Source of the DNA: an uncultured Methanomassiliicoccales archaeon
GTDB lineage: Archaea; Thermoplasmatota; Thermoplasmata; Methanomassiliicoccales; UBA472
DNA: 64,000 bases
Assembly: GCA_963732855.1 (NCBI GenBank)
Contig: CAVTBB010000005.1
Span: 279,663 to 343,662 of the forward strand
Direction of reading: 5' to 3'
Position numbers and translations under genes: made by a program. A model generated the notes under the pieces. That model made no database searches. It saw only the letters and a list, made by a program, of their open reading frames with translations, and was not told the DNA's origin. The first letter of the stretch is position 1; each line of letters begins with the position of its first letter. Shown one piece after another: positions 40,798-50,014 of the stretch.

Positions 40798-41274
40798 CTA
40801 CCTTATCCTCTCGACCTTTCCACGGTGGGTCGAGACCATTGATGCGTGTCGGCCCTCATCGGAGATGAGCTCTGAAAGCATTTTCATGAAAGTTTCGATC
40901 TGACCAGGAATCAGCAGCGTCTCCATGTCTGCCCCATGCAAAGACCCTCTGATCAGCGAATAGGTGTCGAGCATCAGGATCTCGGTCTGATAGAGCTCGT
41001 CCATGACCTCCAGGTGCTCTTTCCCGGTGAAGTCGAAGCGGGCCGGGGCCAATGGAACGATCTGCCGCTCTGTTGACACGTTGACCATCCTGAGCAGGTC
41101 CATGACCATCCCTTTATGCTTGGCTGATTCGGCCAGCATCTCGAAGATCAACTGGCGGAACTCGTGGTCCTTGGTCTTGACATATGCCTCCCATTGACCT
41201 ACCGATTCATAACCATCCTCGATCTGCAGCCCCCGCTTCAATAGTTCAGCTAGCTCGTCTCCGGTTCGGATCAT
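40798..41274 (-). CDS. Ferritin-like (rubrerythrin-type) di-iron protein
   Basis: QIE..ESAKH..TE..DEGRH four-helix ligand pattern. Confidence 0.75.
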   Translation of the reverse strand: MIRTGDELAELLKRGLQIEDGYESVGQWEAYVKTKDHEFRQLIFEMLAESAKHKGMVMDLLRMVNVSTERQIVPLAPARFDFTGKEHLEVMDELYQTEILMLDTYSLIRGSLHGADMETLLIPGQIETFMKMLSELISDEGRHASMVSTHRGKVERIR

Positions 41275-41512
41275 GGTAGAGGGAACAAAGCTGGTTATAG
41301 TGTATAATACCCTCTACGCCTCACCTGATTCTGAGAATGACCCCTGCATGTTGGGGTAGCCATCATCCTTGTTCCCTTTCATGCTGGATCGGGCGTTAGT
41401 GCATTGATGAAGAACGGTACGTCATCGAATCGATGAAATTGGTATGATCAGAAACACAACATATCTCCCTGATCCGGTCGTAACAGACATCATTGATTAA
41501 AAATCGGAAAAC

Positions 41513-41536
41513 GAGCGCCGGAAGACCGGCAAGCTC
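41513..41536 (-). terminator. Hairpin after the bacterioferritin gene
   Basis: GAGC-GCCGG-AAGA-CCGGC-AA-GCTC, followed on the minus strand by TTTT. Confidence 0.5.
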
Positions 41537-41553
41537 GATCATGTTTGACAGTT

Positions 41554-41997
41554 TTACTTGGTCTTGGAGGCCTTCTTGGGCTGACCCTGCTTCAGAGAAG
41601 TGAAGAAGTCATGATGTTCCTCTTCCTGTTCCAGTATCTGTTCGAAGATAAAACGAGTCGTCGGATCACCCTCTTTCGCCGCTACCTCCATGATCTCCTT
41701 GTAGAGATCGATAGCCTGCTGTTCAGCGACGATGTCGTTATCCACCATCTCCCACATCTCGCCGCCGACCTGAATAGGGGCGGGCTTGGTGGTTGGGATA
41801 CCGTCCAGGTACCAGAGACGCTCGGCGATCTTCTCCGCGTGCTGCATCTCCTGGATGGCGATGGTCTTGAACTCATCGGATACGGCGTAATGCTCCACGC
41901 CTATCCATTGAACGTGCTGCCACATGTATTGGATCGATGCCTGGATCTCCGCCGCCAAGCCTTTGTTCATGAGATCCTTGAGTTTCTGTGATGCCAT
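41554..41997 (-). CDS. bfr: Bacterioferritin
   Basis: AAEIQASIQY, QEMQHAE (ferroxidase E/H and heme Met position), AEQQA, EEEH. Confidence 0.82.
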   Translation of the reverse strand: MASQKLKDLMNKGLAAEIQASIQYMWQHVQWIGVEHYAVSDEFKTIAIQEMQHAEKIAERLWYLDGIPTTKPAPIQVGGEMWEMVDNDIVAEQQAIDLYKEIMEVAAKEGDPTTRFIFEQILEQEEEHHDFFTSLKQGQPKKASKTK

Positions 41998-42082
41998 GTC
42001 TGAATACCTCCTATGGGCCTACCCTGACCCGACGGAAATACCATTCCAGCCCTCGGTTAATATAGATTTTGGTTTGAATGGA

Positions 42083-43225
42083 CTATGCCAGATACTCATC
42101 CGGTGAACGAGGCACAACGGACCCGCTTTTGGTCCACCAGTAGACCAGGGATGACATCGTCGTGGTGGCCATGATGATGACCAATATAGACCAAACCATG
42201 AGGGTGAAATCCAACCCGATCACGTAGCTGAAAATGGTAGCAAGCGTGTTAGGCACCAGCAATGCTGTTCCTAGAACTACCATCCAGGTGAGGGCGAGTA
42301 CCATACGGTTATTGATGAGCAGTAATTGGTTATTGTAGAGAGCTTGTAACACATCCATGCCGGAGACCAGTACCTCGGACATGTTCTCAGACAGTTCCAC
42401 CTGCCGGGCCACACTCTCACTCATCAGGTTCAACCTCCCCAATATCTTCTGGTTGTCATCGATGAGCTCTGCGTCCCCGAAGCGCAGCGAGTTCATCACA
42501 TCCAGAAGGTGCCAGAGAGTGCTCAGGTACACGATCGTGGTGTGTTTGACCTGAAATATTCGTTTTCCCACGTCCTTAACGCGAACGCTCATTTCAGAAA
42601 GCTCGAAACCGACTGCATCGGCATGGTCTTGAATGAATCGAAGTTGATCGAAGTGATCGTCACAGTTCTCATTCAAAAGCCGGATTAGGAAGACAGTCCT
42701 CCTCTCAGACCGGGTTATCGATGAATGCATCTTCTTGAGGTATGTGCCCGCGTAGCGAGAGAACTGCATTAGGTGGGATGCGGCGATACCGTGGATGGTC
42801 AGGATCAGGTTGTCCCTGACCAGAAAATAGGTCGGTTCGATCTCTGGTTCAGGCCGCTCCACCCTGACGGAAGGTATCTTCAAGCCCAACTCGGTCTCCA
42901 TGTCCACATATTCGGATAGCTTGTCAGTCCTCAGTGAATCCATGATCGCCTTGGAGAATCCGAAGCTCATCGCGATGTCCGCAGCGTCCTCAATGTCTGA
43001 TGCGGTGTAGTCCGCCCACGAGAATATGCCAGAGGAGGCCATCTCGATCGCTTTGGATATGTTCAGGTCGTAATGATTGGAAATATTGCCGGAACGCTCT
43101 ATACTGACGAGAACAGTGGTGGAAACGCCGGGTGTGGCACGGCCTTTGTAAACCCTGCAGACATCCCCGATGGGGACCGATTCCCGAATCTCGTTCACAT
43201 CCATTCGTTCAGCCTCAATAATCAA
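42083..43225 (-). CDS. CorA-like transporter (no GMN motif)
   Basis: CorA soluble-domain pattern, long stalk helix, two C-terminal TMs; PNTLATIFSYV at the GMN position. Confidence 0.8.
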   Translation of the reverse strand: MIIEAERMDVNEIRESVPIGDVCRVYKGRATPGVSTTVLVSIERSGNISNHYDLNISKAIEMASSGIFSWADYTASDIEDAADIAMSFGFSKAIMDSLRTDKLSEYVDMETELGLKIPSVRVERPEPEIEPTYFLVRDNLILTIHGIAASHLMQFSRYAGTYLKKMHSSITRSERRTVFLIRLLNENCDDHFDQLRFIQDHADAVGFELSEMSVRVKDVGKRIFQVKHTTIVYLSTLWHLLDVMNSLRFGDAELIDDNQKILGRLNLMSESVARQVELSENMSEVLVSGMDVLQALYNNQLLLINNRMVLALTWMVVLGTALLVPNTLATIFSYVIGLDFTLMVWSILVIIMATTTMSSLVYWWTKSGSVVPRSPDEYLA

Positions 43226-43228
43226 ATT

Positions 43229-44368
43229 TCAGTTGACGTACTCGTCCGCTTTCGTCGGTAAGTTGACCCTCTTCTTCACCCACCAGTATGCCAGGAGCGT
43301 AGAGTTCACCGTAGAAATGGTGATGACGCCCAGCGTCCAGACCAGCGTTTGCACGTCCACTCCGAGGGCATAACCGAATATCGTGGCCAATGTGTTCGGG
43401 ACCAGGACCGCAGTGCCCAATATCGTCAGCCAGGTCATCGTGAGCGACATCCGGTTGTTCAGAATCTGCAATTGATTGTTGTACAAAGACTGGAGCACTT
43501 CCAACCCGGAGGCCAGAACCTCAGACATGTGCTCCGATAGCGATATCTGTCTGTTCAGGTCATCTGCCAGCAGACCGATCTTGTTCAGCACCTTCTGGTT
43601 GTCGGTGATGGTATCCGCATCACCATAGCGCAGTGAGTTCACCACATCGAGCGTGCGCCAGAGAGTGTTCAGGTAAGTGATGAGCGAGTGCTTCATGCCA
43701 TAGATCTGCTTTCCCACTTGGTTGCGTGGCGAGTTAGGATCGACCAGGACCTGGCTCATCTCGTCCGCCTGTTCTTCTATCTCCCGGAGCTGTTCGAAGT
43801 TACGGGTATTATTCTCGTCCAGGATGCGGAAAAGTGTCATGGTTAGCTTATCCTCCGCCGGCATGACGTCCGGGAGCTTTTTAAGGTAGATGTCCGCATA
43901 CCTGGAGAACTGGACCAGCCTCTGCACGTCGCTGTCGTGGATGGTGAGGATGAGATTCTTCTTAACCAAGATGAGAAGTGGAAATATCATAAGCTCGAGT
44001 CCGCGGACACGAACCGCAGGGACCATTATCCCCAGTTCCACCTCGCGGTCCTCGTATGCCGCATAGTAACCTTTCAGAAGTGTCGGGACTAGTGACTCGC
44101 TGAAACCATACATAGTGGCCACTGCAGTTCCGTCCTTCTCCAGATCGTCAACTCCGCAGTTTAGCCAAGAGAGGGTCGAGGCGTATACCGTTGGAATGAA
44201 GTCCCCTGGCATTTGACTGGATGATTTCACCGGCCGGTTGCTTCCCTGTGGAATGGAAACGCATATCACCTTCCCCTTCCCTTTGCCGTTCAGTTCTGCT
44301 TCCGACGCTCCGTTCATCGGTTTCGCCGACGCAGCCTCGCCAGGTTTAGATCCGTTCTCCATTCGCAC
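43229..44368 (-). CDS. CorA-like transporter (no GMN motif)
   Basis: Paralog of the downstream gene; PNTLATIFGYA at the GMN position. Confidence 0.82.
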   Translation of the reverse strand: MRMENGSKPGEAASAKPMNGASEAELNGKGKGKVICVSIPQGSNRPVKSSSQMPGDFIPTVYASTLSWLNCGVDDLEKDGTAVATMYGFSESLVPTLLKGYYAAYEDREVELGIMVPAVRVRGLELMIFPLLILVKKNLILTIHDSDVQRLVQFSRYADIYLKKLPDVMPAEDKLTMTLFRILDENNTRNFEQLREIEEQADEMSQVLVDPNSPRNQVGKQIYGMKHSLITYLNTLWRTLDVVNSLRYGDADTITDNQKVLNKIGLLADDLNRQISLSEHMSEVLASGLEVLQSLYNNQLQILNNRMSLTMTWLTILGTAVLVPNTLATIFGYALGVDVQTLVWTLGVITISTVNSTLLAYWWVKKRVNLPTKADEYVN

Positions 44369-44542
44369 CCCTCCGCGTTTAAATATAAAACGGTCTCGTA
44401 TCCGGCATGGATGATATACCTTTTTTGTTTCAATTCCTGCGACGCTGAAGAACTACAGAAGGTCTTGATTGATAGCAAAACATTCAGGACATATCAGATA
44501 GGATAACTGGCCCCATCCTGCCGACGACCCTTTAATGAGCGC

Positions 44543-45613
44543 TCATTCTTGTCGGTAACGGTAAGCAATGTTGCAGCCCCCTTCCCGCGAGACCATGCAA
44601 GGCCCCATAGGGTGCTTCGGATTGCATGCCCTGCCGAAGGCTGGGCATTCCTTCGATTCGATCAAGCCCCTAAGCATCTCGGCGCAACGGCAGTTGCCCA
44701 TATCCTCCTTGACCGCCGGTGCCTCGGCCAGAATCTTCTCGTGTACGATCCGGGCATTCTGCTCATCGAACTCGGGCCGGAACTCAAAGGCGCTCTTCGG
44801 CAATACCGGGAAGCCGCGCCAGTTCCTGTCCACCGGGACGAAAACGTCCTCGAGCATCTTGATGGCAATGGGGTTGCCTTCCGGCCTGACAACTCGAGAA
44901 TATTCGTTCTCCACCTCGGCCCGACCCTCTCGGATCTGGGTGACCATCATGAAGACCGTGACCAATATGTCCAAAGGTTCGAATCCGGCTACGACCTGTG
45001 GCACGCGCATCTCCCTGGCATACCGCTCGAAGGGTTTTGTACCGATGATCGTAGCGACATGTCCAGGCTGGATCAAACCATCGATGCGGACCTCTCCCAA
45101 TTTGAACAATGCGTCCAACGCCGGTGGCAGTATCCTATGACAGCTCAGGAAAGTGAGATTCTTTGGCACACCGTTCAAAACAACCGACGCTGTCGTGGGG
45201 CTGGTGGTCTCAAACCCGATGGCCATGAACACTACCTGCTTAACCTCAGGGGCGATGCGCAGAGCATCTTCCACTGAATAGACGACGCGCACGTCCGCTC
45301 CCTCTGCTTTGGCATCTGCCAAAGACCCGATCGGTGTCGGTACGGTGAGCATGTCCCCAAAGACCGCGATTGTAACACCGTTCTTGGCAAGTGTGATAGC
45401 CTCAACGACCTCCTTTGTGGTGGTTACGCAGACAGGACATCCCGGCCCCTGTCGGATGCGCACGCCGACACCCTTCAACATTTCCTCCAAACCGAACTTC
45501 ACCAGCGTATCCTGGTGCGTGCCGCAGACGTGCATGAACTGGAGGTCCAGGTCGTACTTGCCCAGATTCTCAATTATCTTTTTGGCCGTAGCCTCCTCTC
45601 TGAATCGGAACAT
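44543..45613 (-). CDS. hypD: Hydrogenase maturation protein HypD
   Basis: MHVCGTH, GPGCPVC, GFETT, PGHV, GPCMVSREGGC; start ATG 45613 overlaps the hypA stop (TAATG). Confidence 0.96.
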   Translation of the reverse strand: MFRFREEATAKKIIENLGKYDLDLQFMHVCGTHQDTLVKFGLEEMLKGVGVRIRQGPGCPVCVTTTKEVVEAITLAKNGVTIAVFGDMLTVPTPIGSLADAKAEGADVRVVYSVEDALRIAPEVKQVVFMAIGFETTSPTTASVVLNGVPKNLTFLSCHRILPPALDALFKLGEVRIDGLIQPGHVATIIGTKPFERYAREMRVPQVVAGFEPLDILVTVFMMVTQIREGRAEVENEYSRVVRPEGNPIAIKMLEDVFVPVDRNWRGFPVLPKSAFEFRPEFDEQNARIVHEKILAEAPAVKEDMGNCRCAEMLRGLIESKECPAFGRACNPKHPMGPCMVSREGGCNIAYRYRQE

Positions 45614-45987
45614 TATCTTTCCACCACCTTGATAGTTGAAATCCGGCAGCTCTTGCCTTTGGTCACCTTTACCCCGGAACCGCACTTTGGGCATGAGAGC
45701 TTGGGGATGTTGTTATGGAACGCCTCATCTACATAATATTCGGCCGGTCCATCAAACCCACAGTTCGAGCACGAAACCTCGGTCTTCTCGTCCTCAAAAA
45801 CCAGGGTCGACCCTTCCAAGACCGTATCCCTGGTCATGATCTCATAGGCGAAAGTTAGCTGCTCCTTTCCCAGATAGGTCAGCTCCCCCACGACCAGGTC
45901 GACTTCCTCGACCTTTTCCACATCGTGCTTCGCCAGCTCCGCCATCACCGCGTCGATGATGCCGGACATGACCGATACTTCGTGCAT
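45613..45987 (-). CDS. hypA: Hydrogenase nickel metallochaperone HypA
   Basis: MHE start, CSNC..CPKC. Confidence 0.95.
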   Translation of the reverse strand: MHEVSVMSGIIDAVMAELAKHDVEKVEEVDLVVGELTYLGKEQLTFAYEIMTRDTVLEGSTLVFEDEKTEVSCSNCGFDGPAEYYVDEAFHNNIPKLSCPKCGSGVKVTKGKSCRISTIKVVER

Positions 45988-46268
45988 TGAAAGCGCAAAC
46001 GGGCAGGTCCTATTTATTTAGTTACTGGCGAAGGGAGATTGGTTACGATGGAAAGGGAAATCGAACCTCATTTCAAAGCAAATGACCTTCACAGAAAAGG
46101 GCGAGTTCTGTCAACCTATTGTTCTCCATCTCGGAAGGAAAAAGGTTCGGATGTCATCGATCTAGCCCTTTCTGCTATCGGTCTTATAAAAAGGGGACTG
46201 GTATGAATTCTGCGAACTGACATCCCTGAACAACGCTTTAATATTCCCAGTCCGATACGAAAGGCGTA

Positions 46269-46556
46269 ATGCCAGAAGGGGAGAGGACGCGCGGGGAGAT
46301 CATGCTCGAGTCCATCATCGAGGGGAAGAAGATGGAAGCTTACGTCGAGCACTGCACCAAGGAAATGCATGTCTGTATTCTCTGCAGCACGGTCGGTTAC
46401 AAGAAGCAGCCCATGAGGCTCATCGGCAAGAAGTGGGTCTGCATCGATTGTTTAAGGCAGCTCAAAGAAACCCTGGAGACGATGGACCAATGGGAAGCGG
46501 AGATCCAGCTGCAGAAGGAGATGTCGAAGAAGATCGATGAGACCCTCGGCCTGTGA
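46269..46556 (+). CDS. Small zinc-finger/coiled-coil hypothetical protein
   Basis: CILC..CIDC followed by an amphipathic helix. Confidence 0.7.
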   Translation: MPEGERTRGEIMLESIIEGKKMEAYVEHCTKEMHVCILCSTVGYKKQPMRLIGKKWVCIDCLRQLKETLETMDQWEAEIQLQKEMSKKIDETLGL

Positions 46557-46562
46557 GCCGAT

Positions 46563-47243
46563 TCACTGATCTTTATTCTTACGCAGGTCGTCTTCAGGCA
46601 GAGCGTAAAAATAGTCACATTCTAATGCAACTGAGCATTTTTCGCATCTTGGACCCCGTGGAAGGCAAATCCTTTGCCCGAACCTGATCATGATCGCGTT
46701 GATGTCGCACCACAGCTCCTTAGGGGCAATCTTGCTGAGCGCCACCTCGGTCTCATCAGGAGACCCGGTGGTGACGAGACCGATTCGGTTGGATATTCTG
46801 TGCACATGGGTGTCGACACAGATCGCCGGAATGCCAAACCCATAGGAAAGGACACAGTTGGCGGTCTTCCTTCCCACCATTGGGAGGGTCAACAGCAGAT
46901 CGATGTCCGAAGGTACCTTATCGTCAAAATCCTCATGCAATCGTCGGCCTATCTCCTTGATCGCCTTCGCCTTGACCTGTGGGAAACCGGCTGGCCTCAC
47001 CAATTCGATCAGGTCGTCCAGTTCTGCCGAGGCGATCTCGGCCGGTGAATCGTATCGGGCAAAAAGAGCCTTCGAAGCATTGTATGTGTTCTGGTCCCTG
47101 GTACGCTGCGACAGTACTGTGGATATCAGTACATGGAAAGGGTCCCGGGCCCACACCACATCGATGTGCTCCATCGCTCCTGGGTATGCCTCGTCGCTCA
47201 CCTGTTCCCTCATTGACAAAAGCAACGGCCTAATCCTTTTCAC
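46563..47243 (-). CDS. nth: Endonuclease III
   Basis: LISTVLSQRT, HhH LPMVGRKTAN, VDTHVHRI, CLPRGPRCEKCSVALEC. Confidence 0.95.
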   Translation of the reverse strand: MKRIRPLLLSMREQVSDEAYPGAMEHIDVVWARDPFHVLISTVLSQRTRDQNTYNASKALFARYDSPAEIASAELDDLIELVRPAGFPQVKAKAIKEIGRRLHEDFDDKVPSDIDLLLTLPMVGRKTANCVLSYGFGIPAICVDTHVHRISNRIGLVTTGSPDETEVALSKIAPKELWCDINAIMIRFGQRICLPRGPRCEKCSVALECDYFYALPEDDLRKNKDQ

Positions 47244-48552
47244 GACAATCCCACCACCGCTTGGCCTCGCCGACAGTGTATAACGAACCGCCCACCACCA
47301 CCGTGTCGCCTTTTCCAGATCTCGTTAAAGCCAGCCTTAACGATTCTCCAACGTCATCATTGACGGAAACGTCAATGCGGAAGCGCCTCATCATTTCTCC
47401 GACCTGTTGTGAGGGGAAGGCTCTTTTGGTCTTCGGCATGGTCGCTATGACCGAGTCGGACACCTTGGCGAACTCCTTGGCTATACCTTCCAGGTCCTTG
47501 TCGTCCAATACCCCGAGGATGACCGTGGTATGCCCCTGCCTGATCTTCAACAGCTCCTCGACCGCCACCCTTGCACCTTCGGGGGTATGGCTGACATCGA
47601 AGATCACCAGCGGGTTTTTCTGAAGAACTTCGAGACGGCCTGGCCAGACGACCCTTGACAACCCTTCGACGATAGATTCCTCGGTTATCCTCAAACCTCT
47701 CTTCCTCAACTCTAACGCAGCCTCGCACGCCATGGCGGCATTCGAGGCCTGATATTCGCCGAGCAGCGGCAGCTGGACCGTCCTGCCGATCGATGACAAA
47801 TGGACGGCGACACCGGAAAGGTCGCTTCCCATCATTTGATATTCGAAATCGATTCCCGATCTAGACAGGTATACCCCTTTGTCCCTGGCGACAGAATCCA
47901 GGACTTTGATCGCCGCGGGGTTGTCCTCGGCAGTTATCACTGCTGCGCCGGGCTTGATGATCCCGGCCTTCTCGAAAGCGATCTTGGATATCGTATCGCC
48001 CAGATAATGGACGTGCTCCTTGCTGATGCGGGTGATCAGGCATACGTCCGGCGCGATGACATTCGTCGCATCCAATCGGCCACCCATCCCGACCTCTATG
48101 ACCGCAACCTCCACACCATTTCTGGCGAAATAGAGGAAAGCCATCGCGGTGGTCACCTCGAAGAACGTCAGTGGCCTGCTTTCCTCGTCGCTTGAACGAC
48201 CACACACATCCCGGATCTCGCGCGCCAGGTCGACGACCTCCCCCTCGGCGATCATTACACCGTCAACAATGATACGTTCCCTGAAGTCGACCAGGTGCGG
48301 GGATGTGTACAGTCCGGTCCGCAAGCCAGATGCTTGCAGTATCGACGCCGTCATTGCACTTACCGACCCTTTACCGTTGGTACCGGCAACATGCACTAAA
48401 CGGAACCTGTTCTGCGGTTCCCCAAGATCGAATAGGAGCTCCCTTACTCGGCCCAGACCCAGCTTGATGCCCATGTTCTCCAGGCTGAAGAGCCAGTCCA
48501 AGGTCTCTTGATACTCCATGCTTCCGGTTACATCAACGAACGGTATAATCAT
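47230..48552 (-). CDS. folC: Folylpolyglutamate synthase / dihydrofolate synthase
   Basis: HVAGTNGKGS, YTSPHL, TFFE, EVGMGGRLDATN, WPGRLE. Confidence 0.93.
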   Translation of the reverse strand: MIIPFVDVTGSMEYQETLDWLFSLENMGIKLGLGRVRELLFDLGEPQNRFRLVHVAGTNGKGSVSAMTASILQASGLRTGLYTSPHLVDFRERIIVDGVMIAEGEVVDLAREIRDVCGRSSDEESRPLTFFEVTTAMAFLYFARNGVEVAVIEVGMGGRLDATNVIAPDVCLITRISKEHVHYLGDTISKIAFEKAGIIKPGAAVITAEDNPAAIKVLDSVARDKGVYLSRSGIDFEYQMMGSDLSGVAVHLSSIGRTVQLPLLGEYQASNAAMACEAALELRKRGLRITEESIVEGLSRVVWPGRLEVLQKNPLVIFDVSHTPEGARVAVEELLKIRQGHTTVILGVLDDKDLEGIAKEFAKVSDSVIATMPKTKRAFPSQQVGEMMRRFRIDVSVNDDVGESLRLALTRSGKGDTVVVGGSLYTVGEAKRWWDCREKD

Positions 48553-49322
48553 TGCTCTTCAGCGAGCCGGTTCACCATCTCGCCCAATGATAGACCGTCG
48601 CGTTTCGCCATGGCCTTCATCGCTTTCATGATGCCTGAACCGTACTGCGCCGCCTTTTTCCTCCGATCGGCGATCGGGCCGAGGCCAAGCGCCCTGCCAA
48701 CGTCCCGCAGAATGGCCTTGTTCTCCTCCCCGCGGATAAGCATATCCAAGGGCAGGTCGAGCGACACCCTGACCACTTCCGGATCGAGGAACGGATGGAT
48801 CAACGTTTTTCCGAACACGTCCGCCGCCTTCTTCTCGACCCCCATACCTTGGCCGATCAACGCCTCGACGTCTTGGGCCATCGCAGATCTCATCGCCACC
48901 TCGTCCATAGAACGGTATCTGGAATAGCCAGCGTAGAGCTCGTCAGCCCCCTGGCCGCATAGAAGCAGGTCTTCTCCTGACACGCCTAGGATCAGATAGA
49001 GGGGCATCTCGAACGAGAGGGTGAGCGGTGATGTCCCGAATATCGGTACCATGCCCTTGATGGCCTGTTTAATCTCGTTCTCACCCACGACCACCCCGAC
49101 CCAATTCAAGCCCAGCCCCTCGGCGGTGCTCTTGGCAATGGTCAGGTCGTGAGCTCCCTCCACACCGACAGTGTAGAGGGTCGGTTCGGAATGACGCGCC
49201 ACCAAGGCGGCCACGACACTGCTGTCGATGCCGCCAGAAAAGAGAACGCCCGTCCTCCTTGTGAATATCTTGTCACGCACCGCCTCGTCCAACGTACCCA
49301 ACAATAGGTCGATCCGGTTCAC
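48549..49322 (-). CDS. Asparagine synthase C-terminal (PP-loop) domain-only protein
   Basis: LFSGGIDSS, GQGADELYAGY, PFLD, RKKAAQYGSG; no glutaminase domain. Confidence 0.85.
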   Translation of the reverse strand: MNRIDLLLGTLDEAVRDKIFTRRTGVLFSGGIDSSVVAALVARHSEPTLYTVGVEGAHDLTIAKSTAEGLGLNWVGVVVGENEIKQAIKGMVPIFGTSPLTLSFEMPLYLILGVSGEDLLLCGQGADELYAGYSRYRSMDEVAMRSAMAQDVEALIGQGMGVEKKAADVFGKTLIHPFLDPEVVRVSLDLPLDMLIRGEENKAILRDVGRALGLGPIADRRKKAAQYGSGIMKAMKAMAKRDGLSLGEMVNRLAEEQ

Positions 49323-49413
49323 GCTCGGTGGAAAGGAGCTGGGCCTATTTCACGTCTGCCATAGAACGCACGAAAGGATTATTGCGGGTAACACTATTCG
49401 ATAAGTGAGTAAC

Positions 49414-49869
49414 ATGGAAAACGTAACAAGGATCGGGGTGTCCCTTGAACCTGAGCTTCTGGAGAAGTTCGATAAGCTGATCGAGGGGAAAGGGTACACA
49501 ACGCGTTCCGAGGCCATCCGGGATCTTATCCGTGAGGAATTGGTCAAGGACATCGTCAAAGATGATGAGGCCAAGATATTCGGCACGCTGACCTTGATCT
49601 ACGAGCATCACAAAGGGGGTGTCAAAGAGCAGTTGATGGACATCCAGCATGGCCACCACACCAACATCTCCTCCTCCATCCACGTCCACCTCAATTTGGA
49701 CCAGTGCCTCGAGGTGCTGATCGTCTCGGGCACGGTGCGGGAGATAAAGCACCTCTCCGACGAGATCGGGAGCGTCCGTGGAGTATTGCATATGGAACCG
49801 GTGATGATCTCCGGCTCGTTGGAGGGGCATAAGCACAATGAGGCTGTCCACGGTCAGCATGCCCATTGA
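49414..49869 (+). CDS. nikR: Nickel-responsive regulator NikR
   Basis: RHH start VTRIGVSL, RSEAIRDLIR, HVHL..CLE; His-rich tail. Confidence 0.93.
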   Translation: MENVTRIGVSLEPELLEKFDKLIEGKGYTTRSEAIRDLIREELVKDIVKDDEAKIFGTLTLIYEHHKGGVKEQLMDIQHGHHTNISSSIHVHLNLDQCLEVLIVSGTVREIKHLSDEIGSVRGVLHMEPVMISGSLEGHKHNEAVHGQHAH

Positions 49870-50014
49870 CGACCTTTTCGTCACCGATATTGGTTAAACG
49901 GATAAACTAAAAGAGAGGGCTGGCAATTGTTGTCCAGCAACGAGAAAACCGCTGCAAAACCGCAGCCAGCTTACCATACTTTCTTATAAGAGAAACCTTG
50001 TTTGTGCGTTTCGG

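Noticed and set aside
44976-44992. GGTTCGAATCC tRNA T-loop-like motif
   Set aside because: It lies inside hypD coding sequence with no cloverleaf.
46048-46206. 52-aa ORF between hypA and the zinc-finger gene
   Set aside because: No motif, and it lies in a divergent promoter region.
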